DNA of 64,000 nt, from NCBI GenBank assembly GCA_028023455.1, contig JAQFVV010000002.1, forward strand, positions 21,700,001 to 21,764,000. Reading direction: 5' to 3'. The DNA comes from Epiperipatus broadwayi (taxonomy: Eukaryota > Animalia > Onychophora). Each line of letters begins with the position of its first letter. The first letter of the stretch is position 1. The translations under genes were made by a program, and so were the position numbers. The notes under the pieces are model-generated. The model was not told where the DNA came from, ran no database searches, and saw only the letters and a list, made by a program, of their open reading frames with translations. Shown here piece after piece: positions 26,238 to 37,370 of this stretch.

Positions 26238-28469
26238 CTGTAGAATTAAAAAAAAATGATACAATTTAGATGCTTTGTATAAATCATTTAAAAATACTGG
26301 CTAAAAAAAAAAAGATTTTTAAAAAATTGGGTGATCTTTTGATTAGCAACTTTTATTTAAAATCTGACTAGATTACAAATATGTTAATTAACATAAAATC
26401 AAACGGATTTCTACATTTAATTAATTTGCTTTTTGATTATTAGCATTACTGGTGTACAGATTCTATTATTAATATTATAATAATGTTTTATAGCATGAGC
26501 CGTACTTTAAAGCCATCTAAGTTTGAGAAATCAGGAAATAGTACCAAAGAATAAAATATGATTTCTAGATTCATACATGCATTAATCCCACCTCTGAATC
26601 CTAATCTTCACTGATGCAGGCAGAAGCCAGTTTGGAGATGGGGAACAGATTGCTTCTTGAGATCATATGAGAAAATCTTATGATATTGTTGCTGGTACTT
26701 AATCTTATGATTACTAGGAAACTTGTATATATATATATATGTTCTAAGACACCGGTTTAGATTTAAAAATAAAAACAAAAATGGCCTTTAAATAACAACT
26801 CCAGAAAAAGATCTCTCCAGCAGCTTTTCCTAGAGGAAAGCAGTACTCATCAGGTTTGTTAATTTCTAGATGGTGACAGCAGTTTTCCATTGTTTATCTC
26901 CTAACTAGGAATAGCTAGATACTCCTTAACCGCCCAACATTGGATGAATATAGGATTGGCTATGGGACAGTTATCTGGGGAAAAAGTTCCAAGTCTGTTG
27001 AAATAATTGTAGAGATACTAAAAAAACATTAAATATTTAAAAGAATCCTAAAACATTAAGCAACTATACAATTAAAAAATATTGTATTGTTAATTGCTCT
27101 GGAAACCACGTGATACTTGAGCAACCAAGTGTCACTAGGTGGCATAACAGTTCCATGCTGAAATATTTTTCTTAAAATTACTCAGTTGAGAATCAAATCA
27201 AAAACCTTTAACTATCACTGGACTAAACAGCACAAGGCATTATGCAAATCTTTCAGAAATTTTATCTGAAGAAACAATTAATGTAAAATTAGCTATCAAT
27301 CATATGGAAAATGTTGATTGATAAATCTCATTTCTAACACGAATAATCACACATCATCAACCTAATTCCCAAAGTTGTCAAAAGAATAATTGTAATAATA
27401 AATGATCATTACTTTTTTAAATATCTACTTTTTTTAAAAGTAATTATCTCCCACTGAGTTATGTAATGTCAAAACTAAGCACATCTAACAACAGAGTGGC
27501 ATCATTCTATTTTTTTGTTTTGGCAGAAGTTACCTTGCATTTCAAAAGAATAGTTTTATATATATTATAATCTCCTGGAAGAATATAATGATGGAATGTG
27601 TACGATGTGACCCTATAACTAACCCAACACTAAACATAAGATAATGATAATGTATAATGGTGAGACTCTACTAATCTAATACAAATAACATAAGACAGAC
27701 TTTCTTTAAAGGGATGATCACAAACATAGAAGTTTTAACATTGAGAAGTATATGATATATATTCACCAATGGCACTGCGATTGTAGAAACTCTCCAGCCA
27801 TCATCTTATTACAATCATTAGGAAAATTTCTACAATACACAGTGACTAACATAATATTTTGTACAAAATAATTATTAAGCTTCTCTCTTGTACTCTAAGA
27901 CACTATAAAGATAAAAATCTTAAAACACAGATTACACTAATTTAAGTGATTACTGCTATCCTTTGGATATACTAGGAATCATGAGTATTCTTCTAAATAA
28001 ATATAATAACAATTTTTAACAGTTAGATAATCGAATAACAAGATGGATTTTGTTGAGATCCAATTACCTAAAGAATAATTACATTCTGAATTGCAAACAT
28101 CAATTAAAACCACTAATTAAGAATTAATATAACTTTAATAACACATTGAAACTAATAATAATAAAAAACCAACTTACTTTAATTTAAATAATTTATTAGA
28201 CTTTTTATTATTTATCCTTCTACTTTTACAAATAAGACATTAAACAGAATAATCATTTATTAATAATAGAAAGCTTTGTAATTAATTAAAATCTAATATG
28301 ACATAACTTAATTAAATACACTAATTATTTTAGCCTTTAGCCATTCTATTCTATCTTTCAAAACAAACATCAAAATTGATCTTATTAATTTCTTGGATCT
28401 GGAATAATATGAGTTTGAATTTATTCACAAAAAAGCAAAACAAATATATCATGCAAAAAAAGTGTTTGA

Positions 28470-28478
28470 AAGAAAGAG

Positions 28479-28513
<35 letters not shown>

Positions 28514-28800
28514 AAAAGAGAAAGAAATAAGGAGAGGAAGAGAGAGGAAGAAAAAAAGAGAGGAAAGAAATAAAGAGAGACAGAGATAAAATAGAGAGAG
28601 AGAGAAAGAAAAAAGAATAAAGAAAAAAGAGAGAAAGAAAGAAAAAGAAAAAAAAGAAAGAGAGAAAGAAAAAAGAAAGAGAGAAAGAAAAAAGAGAAAG
28701 AAACAAAAAAGAAATAAAGAGAGAAAGAGAAAGAATGAAGAAAGAGAGAAAGAAAGAAAAAGGTAAAGAAAGTCAGAGAGAAAGAAAGGAAGGAAGAAAT
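28470..28800 (+). repeat. GA-rich low-complexity tract, (GAAA)n-derived
   Basis: Direct reading; explains the K/E/R-rich and F/S/L-rich ORF calls. Confidence 0.95.
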
Positions 28801-29075
28801 ATAATATTCAACCTACTTAGAAGATATGTACCAACATTAGTTTTTTAAAAACTGAATATTATATTAAGAAAAAAATATATAGGTAATGAGCTCACATATG
28901 AAGAAAGGTTAAGTAGAATTACAAATTATTAAACTGTAGCTTTTTTTTTCCTTCTAATAAAAATCTAAAAGAAATTGCAAAATTAATATATTTGATTTGA
29001 TATAGTTTTTTTATTTAAGAATATGTTTGCAAAAGTGTATAAGAAATTGGTATACGAAGAAAAAAGCATATAACA

Positions 29076-29186
29076 TTTTTTTTTTTTCATATGTCATAGC
29101 ATCTGCCGGGAGGCGAACCCACAACTGTCTGCAACCAACTACTTGCTTGCAAGGCGGCTGCACTGACCTCTCGGCTAACAACGCTT
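29076..29186 (-). mobile_element. tRNA-Gly-derived SINE
   Basis: Minus strand matches the family consensus GCATTGGTGGTCGAGAGGTCAGCACAGCTGCCTTGCAAGCAGTTG...GGGTTCGCTTCCCGGCCGATGC, then TATGACA and poly(A). Confidence 0.75.
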
Positions 29187-30299
29187 GACGAGATGGTTTA
29201 CCAACTATGCCAAAGTGTGCAAGGCTCGTATATGAAAGTTTATATTGATATACACTAAGACATAGTAGACTTTTACAAATCAATCATTTGGTATCTCCCT
29301 CCATTGTCAAACAGACAATAAGTGACTAACTCCTAATGTAATGAATGACTGAAGTTTATATTCTACTAATAAAATATATTTCAGATAAATTCAAAATGAT
29401 TAAAATAATTTTACATCAAGTATTGTTTCCCTCCCCCCACTCCTCGATCAATCGACTCTACTTGTCTATTTTACCAATACAGTTTTGAATATAAAAATGT
29501 GCGTGTGTATATATAATACATGCTAACATTTACTAATAACAGGCTGTATAAAACATATTGTATTACCTTTAGTAGGGAGAGCGGGTTTTTGTGAAAAAAC
29601 CATTAGAGATGAAATGCAATCTACGATGATTTGTTCTGAACTAGTGTCCTTTTTTAGTATCAGTAAAATGCTAAAATTATTTTAAAATATTTTAATAATA
29701 ATGGATTTCCATTAGAAAGCTACTAATTTAATTTTCAAAAAAAATAAATTTACCTACAAATGGCCTTAAGTGCTCCAGTTTCTGCTAAAATAAAATGAAG
29801 AACAGGGTGCAAAAATAAATTGTGCAATGACGAAAACACAGCATTCTAAAAAACAAAAAGTCGAATATTTATGTGGTTATTTACAAAATTAAAATATGCT
29901 TTGAAATACATCCAATCTATTATTTTTATTGTAAAAACGATTATAGAGTTCTTATACATTTATTTATATAATATATTCAATTTTAACAATTTTAATAAAC
30001 TAATAAATTAATTGTAGCTTTGGCAAATATATAATATCTTTTAATATAAACCTATTTATGAAACAACTAAACCTGAAAATTAAAAAACACTATGTAATTT
30101 TCAAAAATGAACTTGCAAAAAATGCTTCTTTGCAAATCAGATAAAAAATTATCATTTTTATTTTACTTCCAGTTTTTTATATAATAATTAATCAAGCATT
30201 GATATTTAAAAAGACTGCAATTTTTTATTAGCGGCAATTTTTGTTTCTATATTAATAAAAAAAAAAAAACTTATGGCTTGGGGAGTTCATAAAAAGTTT

Positions 30300-30385
30300 C
30301 AGCACTGAAACTGCGAGAGCCAGAATCTATCCTGGGACCTACCGATCCCAAATTGGATACTCTTCCAACTGCACCAAACTGTGTA
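30300..30385 (-). other. Degenerate tRNA-like sequence (possibly a Pro-derived SINE head)
   Basis: Minus: TTGGTGCAGTTGGAAGAG (A-box-like), TTTGGGA loop, GGTCCCAGGATAGATTCT (poor B-box). Single copy here. Confidence 0.35.
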
Positions 30386-31433
30386 GGGTTTTATATTAAT
30401 CAAACCAGCCTATAGTTTTAAATATTAATTCAGATGAAATTCTAACAATTTTAACAAACCTGTAATTGAATTGCAGTTTTATCAAATATGTAAAACGGTT
30501 AATACAAACCTATTCACAGAATGATCAAGTACAAAAATGTTAATGCGATAATTCACAAACCAGATTTATTATTAAAGAATTATTTTAAATGAATCTGCAA
30601 GTAATGAATCTGTCTTGTGAATTGTCATAATTAAAATTTCAGACTTGCTATTTATGAATAGGTCTACACTATCAGAATTCCATATTTAAGACTATAAGCT
30701 GGTTTGACTATTATAAAATGAAAATAATCACTAATAAAGAGTTTGAGTCTTTTCGAATATCAATCTTTGATTTATTATTGGTCGTCTGATAAAAATGGTC
30801 ATTTTTTATCTGGCAAATAGATTGACATTGACAGTGACATTATTTGGAATTTTAAATAATCCTTTACGAATTTAGCTTACGAATTAACATAGTAACATTT
30901 TTGGAATTGGTTACCCCACCGGTAGATTTTTAACATATTTAAACAAATTTATTTATATATGAACATTTAATTAAAGATTTTATTTATTTATTTTCTTTCA
31001 CAATCGAAAGACAAAAAGAAATCATATTAATATATAACAGCGCAAGCTATTCAAAACATAAATTCATATATAATTTCTTTTTCCAGTAGAGTATTTATAA
31101 GGTGAAAAGTAACAATAAAAAGAAAAAATATGTCTTGGTATTATTAATTCATAACTTATTTGCTTTTCCTTCTCTTTGCGTAGCAACATGAAAATTAAAT
31201 GTGCACTAAGATCTGAAAACAGATGTTTGAAAAAGATCCCATAACATGAAAATCTCCGAGACCTCATCTTTCATGGATCACTTTTGAGTGTAAAACATAG
31301 ATATCCATAACAATATGCCACTAATTGTGATAAAGTTTGTTAGAAAGATATTTCCTTTGAAATACATATCTATTGCTGCCATAAAAATACAAAAGATAAG
31401 GAATATCTCTAATTTTACTTCAGTTTCTTAGTC

Positions 31434-31528
31434 AAGGCAAAACTCTCCATACAGTAGTGCCACCCTGTGCCAACCAGAGTAACAATTATGTGCTAGTATA
31501 AGAGATAGTGATCACGTGATGTTTAGTT
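31434..31528. mobile_element. HHR family B, minimal insertion (inverted end + tail)
   Basis: GGCAAAACTCTCCATACAGTAGTGCCA followed by the family tail GTGATCACGTGATG; 12-bp TSD AGTTTCTTAGTC at 31422-31433 and 31529-31540. Confidence 0.7.
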
Positions 31529-32377
31529 AGTTTCTTAGTCCTAATGCAGGCATCAATTACATGTATCAATGTTTTTCATATATTTAATAATTCACAGATT
31601 CTAGAAAATAAACAGAAGCCATGGCTATTCATAAATGTAACTATTAAAAAGTGGTTAAGAAGATAACACCAATATCTTCTAACAGATAATTCATCATCAT
31701 ATTCAACATCACTTTAATCATTTTGAGAATTGAGATAGAATAAAAAAAACTGCATATATTTATTTACTATTACATACATTTTTTATTTGTTCTATAGTTA
31801 TAAAAAATTACTTAATTTGAATAATAAATTAGATATATATAAATAAAAATCATTGTTATTCCAACATTTTGTTAATCCAATACTAGATAAAGACTTTTCC
31901 ATCCCATCTCTCTCCTATTATTCCACTTTTAATATTTGTTTTCATATTTAGTCTTCCTATACTACTATTCTTTGAATCAGTGATATGAGAATTCTATCTT
32001 TCTTTGTCACAGACTTCTGTTCAAGTAGAATCTTTGTTCTTCTTGTAGCATTTCCTTTCACAATGTATATCATTCATTATCATTTTATTTACCTTTTTTG
32101 GAAATATGATACTTCTTTTCTTTATTGTCTTGCATTATTTATGGTTGTTATTGACTTACAATGATTCACATTCTTCTTTGCAAGTTAAAACAGATATGAT
32201 TCAGTGATTACCCATCAATCTTTGTAATAAGTTATACAATTAATATTTTATTAATGAGTGTTTTCATTTTCATAGAAAGTAAAAATTATATAATTACAAA
32301 GTTTAAAAAGAAATAATACTCATTCACATAATTCTGGTATAATAAAATAATTTTCATATGATTTCTCAAATCTAAAA

Positions 32378-33015
32378 TAGCATGAAATACGTATATTGGT
32401 GATTATTTATCTTTTCAACATACATGTGTTCGAGTGTATTAGTGTTATGAGATAGTGTGGAGAGTGGTGGAACGTGTGAAAGTTTGTGCTCATAAACCCT
32501 ATATATTACATATATAAACACAGGTATATAATAAGCCTGTGTGTATCAGTTATTACATAGTAGAGATGTCTGCCCATCCCTTGTTTACGTATTGAATGGA
32601 TTATGTCTTGTACATGAGAGGTCAGATTGACCTTAGGTCAACATGGATGTGACAAGAATCTTGGCCCCAGGGTGGCCTTTGAGCATTTCATCATCAGATT
32701 TTCAATTGGATGGATGGTTGAAGAGTTGGAATGTGGAGTAGATTGAAGCCTGTCCATTAAAGTATGAGGATTGGCTGATCACTTATAGCATATATGTGTA
32801 GAGATGCTAATCTGGACCAACTGATGATTGCTGGTTTAGCATGAAATATGTATATTGGTGATTATTTATTTTTTCAACATATATGTGTTCGAGTGTATCA
32901 GTGTTATGAGATAGTGTGGAGAGTGATGGAGCATGTGAAAGTCTATGCTCATATACCCTATATATTACATATATAGACACAGGTATATAATAAGCCTGTA
33001 TGTTTCAGTTATACT
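32378..33015 (+). mobile_element. HHR family E: ~180-bp direct repeats with 459-bp period (PLE pseudo-LTR or retrozyme-like)
   Basis: Repeats at 32378-32557 and 32837-33015; a complete HHR spans the start of the second repeat; homologous to 37400-37510 (-), 39714-39822 (+) and 41213-41255 (+). Confidence 0.75.
32817..32858 (+). ncRNA. Minimal type-I hammerhead ribozyme (family E)
   Basis: CCAA-CTGATGA-T-TGCT-ggttt-AGCA-T-GAAA-TATGTA-TA-TTGG: helix I CCAA/TTGG, helix II TGCT/AGCA; helix III is the palindrome ATACGTAT in the 32386 copy. Confidence 0.7.
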
Positions 33016-33571
33016 GAAGATTGTACCAAAAGGGTTTCAATATAATATATATATATAAAGCTATTTGTTTAACTCCAATAATCAAATAGGACATCTATGA
33101 TTAAAAGCATAAATGAGAATTTTTCATGGACTAATTTTTCTAACATCAATGTATGTTTACAAATATCACTTCACTTAAAAGATAAAAGAAAGAAAATAAA
33201 TTTTTAGGACTGTGCCGTTGACGTAGGCTGCTTAAAACTTCATGGAAAGCAAAAATCTCAATCAGTCATCAAAAAAAATTAAATCACAATGTCTATGAGA
33301 AGCCAAAACACTGAATCACAAATTGTCATATTTTTTAATGTTATGAGAGCTCAAGATATATTAAAACAAATATTGATGCTTGATATAACATTTAGGACAA
33401 ACAAAAGTAAAAAAGGGTAATAGTGAAATAAATGTATGTTATATCAGAGCCACAAGAATGTGCCAGGATGAACTTTACCATATCTAGAAAAATCAAAGAG
33501 AATACAGTCTTTGTACATAAAATCACAGAAGATATCATCATCTATTAATTCATCAGAAAAGTTTTTTTAAT

Positions 33572-33895
33572 ATCTCTTCTTCTTCTTCCACATCTTGATT
33601 AATCCCACTTCAAGTGGGGTCGTTGGTGTGGATCATTCGTCTCCAGATTACTCAGTCTGAAGCCATTTCCTTCTTGACCTGACATCTCCTGCAGGTCCCT
33701 CTTCACTCAGTCAATCCATCTGGTCTTGGGTCTGCCCCTGGGTCTTTTCCCCAGTGGTTCCATCTCCATAATCTTCCTTCCGACATAATTTTATTCTCTT
33801 CTCTTAACATGTCCAAACCACCTCAACCTTGATTCTTTGATTTTTTCACTGATTTTTCTCACCTTCATATTTTCTCATATTACATCATTTCTTCG
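33572..33895 (-). mobile_element. RTE-type LINE 3' fragment (second family)
   Basis: Minus: KIKESRLRWFGHVKRRE...GKRPRGRPKTRWID, 3' hairpin CCCACTTGAAGTGGG and a (GAA)n tail. Confidence 0.85.
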
Positions 33896-34274
33896 GTATT
33901 AAAATTATATTAAGATCAACAATGAATAGCATAAATATAAATGAAGTAAATTACAGAATTTCTTTTTATTTGTTAACAATATTTTTATATTCATACTTAA
34001 GCACTTCGGAAAGATTTCAGAATAATGAATAGTTAAAATTATCTTTTCAAATGTGTGATTTTTTTTTTAAAGTGTTAAATGAGGCATTTGGGTTGAAAAA
34101 ATAGACGGATTCATTCTATTCTTTCGAAAAGACTTTATCTTGTGTTGGAAGTGAAAGTATTCATTTATTAGTATTAATATTCATAAAAAGCGCATGTACG
34201 TTAGCTTGAAAGGCTGATCTTTAGTTTATTAAAAGTGTTAAATTTATTAAACGCACATTGATTACGTAAGTAAT

Positions 34275-34440
34275 CTATAACCTCGAGCATATGCATGTAA
34301 AATGCGATAGTAGGGACCTCTACATGTGTTTAACCACAAGCTTACATTCCCCTCTTTTCTTCCATAGTGTAATCTTGTGGTTAAACACCTGTAGAGGTCC
34401 CTACTATCGCATTTTACATGCATATGCTCGAGGTTATAGC
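34275..34440. mobile_element. MITE-like hairpin, ~72-bp arms
   Basis: CTATAACCTCGAGCATATGCATGTAAAATGCGATAGTAGGGACCTCTAC and its near-perfect reverse complement around a ~21-nt loop. Confidence 0.85.
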
Positions 34441-34749
34441 CTCAGTAAATATTGAAAGTGTTAAACTAAAAATATATATTTCTATTAAACAAAGAATCGA
34501 ATTATTCATTGAAGATTAAGGTCATCTTTAACATAACATATATACAATCATAAACTCCAGCATGAAATCTAAAATAAAGACATATTTCAATAAGGATTCA
34601 GAATTTATGCAGAAAATATTTCAGAGAATCATAAATATAAGAACCATGACTAATATAAATCAAGTTGTATTTGATTAAATATGAAGCTAAACAGTAATAA
34701 TTATATGTTAGATTATTTCCATTAAATTTATATTAATTGTTAAGTGTCT

Positions 34750-35560
34750 TCAGCAAAATTCAGACTTTAGTTAAACTTTTCAAATACATGTATCTTTTAA
34801 TAATAGCATATAGGTTAATATATAAAATTTTTGAGTGATCTATTTACTTGTCTTCTTTAGGCATTGGACCAGTGACAGTATTAGCATGGGAATTAAAATA
34901 GACATTTAGGTTTATAAATATTGCATTTAAGTAACACTTTAATCAACTAGGCTATTCTATCAAAGATAACAGCCAATAGAAATTTCACATACTTATCAAT
35001 GCGAGACTTCATTATAGAGTGGTTTCCTAACATTATGAATTATCACACTATATTGACTTATTTGATTATTTGTTATTATCATTTGAACAAAATTAAAATG
35101 GGCAAAACTCTCCTATACAGTATTGCCAGTCAGTGCAAGCCAGAGTAATCAATAGATGCCAGAAGGCTTGTGCATAAAATCCTCATCTAGTGCCTATTCA
35201 TCCAATATCCCCAGACTAGTTTTTGGCTTGTGGCCTTCATCAGTAAGGAGCTTTGGATCTGAAAGCACTGCACTCTGGCTTGCACTGAGTGGCAATACTG
35301 TATGGAGAGTTTTGCCTGTTTTAATAACAATTATATGCAAACATAAAAAATGGTGATCATGTGATCATTTGAGCAGTTTGTTTTTTTTTTTACTTTTTGG
35401 ACTTTTTCCTCTCTATCCAATATTTTGCTTTCTCCCAATTGAACATACATTCATTGATGCATACATGGTCTATTACCTTAAGATATATCTGTTGTTGTTT
35501 TTTTCTAATCACCAATCTGTCCTCTTTTAACTAGTTTTCAATGTCAGCAGTCCTTCTCCA
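34750..35560 (-). mobile_element. PLE family A 3' copy, split by a family B insertion
   Basis: 35373-35560 matches the GIY-YIG end; 34750-35086 continues into the tRNA-like/HHR terminal repeat; a 9-bp TSD ATCATTTGA flanks the insert. Confidence 0.7.
35087..35363. mobile_element. HHR family B hairpin insertion
   Basis: About 45-bp terminal arms; HHR at 35209-35248 on the minus strand (CCTTA-CTGATGA-AGGC-cacaa-GCCA-AAAA-CTAG-TC-TGGGG); tail on the right only. Confidence 0.8.
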
Positions 35561-35629
35561 TTGTCATGATATTTTGAAGATGCAAAATATGGAAGAATAT
35601 GTATTAGTAAAACCAAATACTCTATTTAA

Positions 35630-36145
35630 AAGTGGCTAGATTAGAAAAGGAAAACAACCATATCTAAATTAGTAGACCATATATGTATCAATGAACAAAA
35701 CTCAAATCAGGAAAGAACAAAAAATAGTCCCATAGAGAGGGAAAAGTACAAAAAAGAAAATTTAGAGAAGCTGCTCACATGTAAATAACAAATAACCTCA
35801 TAAATCAATCTAATATGATAATTCATAATGGTTGGAAACTAGTCATTAATCATACCCTCAAGAAAAAATGGAGGATTCAGGGGAACTCTCATAGGTAAAT
35901 ATATGAAATTGCTATTGACTGTTGATAGTTAATTGATTTAGAAATGTCATAAATTCAATATTAAATCTAAGCATCCCTGATTCAATTTCTATGGTAGTAT
36001 GTTCACTGATCAGGTTGGCAACACTTGAAAAAGGGAGAAGACTAATACCGCTCAAAACATTGTGTTATATGCTAACCTGTGAGCTATTACAAACAGGTGA
36101 ATGGATTTGTAAAATTTAAATAAAGTTTGAATTTTTCTAAAGATA
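35630..36145 (+). mobile_element. PLE family A 3' copy (GIY-YIG end + terminal repeat), head-to-head with 34750-35560
   Basis: Reads KKENLEKLLT/EAAHM-like; aligns with 5125-5640 (-); decayed HHR at 36022-36064. Confidence 0.7.
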
Positions 36146-36380
36146 TTTAACTTTTCATATTAGATGAAAATTTCCATATAATTACTATTAAAATACTATA
36201 ATCACAAACCTTCAGATAAACAAGCAATAATAAGTTTCCATTTTTTTAATGGTAATGAAAGAGAGAATTAGAAGGATTAACCAATAACCATATTACAATC
36301 TCTATTGTTAGCTGCATGTAAATTATACCATTCTACATAATTGTTATTTTCAATGTATACAAAGTGTGTACATAAACATT

Positions 36381-36760
36381 TCTTTTTTTTTTTTCATGTG
36401 TCATAGCATCGGCAGGAAAGCGAACCCACTAACACGGAACAACTGCTTGTAAGGCAGCTGTGCTGATCTCTCGACCACCAATGCTTGACAAAATTAAATT
36501 ACTGACTGACTAATTAATAAATCTAAATTTTCCATGTGTGATAGCATCGGCCGGGAAGTGAACCCACTAACCCGGGACAACTGCTTGTAAGGCAGCTGTG
36601 CTGACCTCTCGACCACCAATGCTTGAAAAAATTAAATTACTGACTGACTAATTAATAAATTTAAACTTTCCATGTGTGATAGCATCGGCCAGGAAGCGAA
36701 CCCGCTAATGTGGGACAACTGCTTGTAAGGCAGCTGTGCTGACCTATTGACCACTAACAC
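36381..36760 (-). mobile_element. Three tandem tRNA-Gly SINE units, 138-bp period
   Basis: Unit starts at 36395, 36533 and 36671 with a shared ~45-bp spacer; only the terminal unit has poly(A) (T-run at 36381-36394). Confidence 0.85.
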
Positions 36761-37370
36761 TTAAAAAATGAAATCATATAAACTTTTTTCAGGACAATAA
36801 AACACTTAAGACCATCATTAGCAGCCACTTATAAATGAGTGTGGTCATTTTAACCTGAAAAGAAAAAAGATTTCCATAGACGAAAAATAAAATGTTAAAG
36901 ATGAATTTTCCCAAAGGCAGTATAAAACAATATGTAATATAAAAATATGATTCACTTATACTGCATACTGATTCCTTTATTTATTGATGTCATCACATGA
37001 TACTATGAACTTCTGCAGAGAACTTTTTTCAAAGACTTCAATACCTTGTTTAATTTTAGCTCTTTATTATATTATATCTTCTCTACTCCTTGCCAATGAA
37101 AGCAATTAAGATTATACTTCTTGGAGTGTCTTTGAAATAATCTTTATAACATTACTGGGTTCTGTCTTTCCAATAAAACGATGCTCAATTTCACTATTAA
37201 AATATTTTTTAGGAAGTCTGATACTACTTGGTTTTGACGAGTGCAATACGAATAAAGATATGTCTTCAGAATAGCAAATACTATAATATCAACCCAGAAA
37301 GCTGAGGAACATACCAATTGGTCTTAACACTCCGTATCATATTTTAGTATTTTATGAACATCCTTAAGTA

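Noticed and set aside
26480-26720. Possible LINE RT remnant on the minus strand (GFRGG)
   Set aside because: Too degraded to support from motif fragments alone.
27534-27572. 39-nt candidate minus exon (EIIIYKTILLKCK)
   Set aside because: Phase 0 end cannot join the phase 1 exon at 26237; other frames contain stops.
28376-28706. K/E/R-rich and F/S/L-rich ORFs
   Set aside because: Translation of a GA-rich low-complexity tract.
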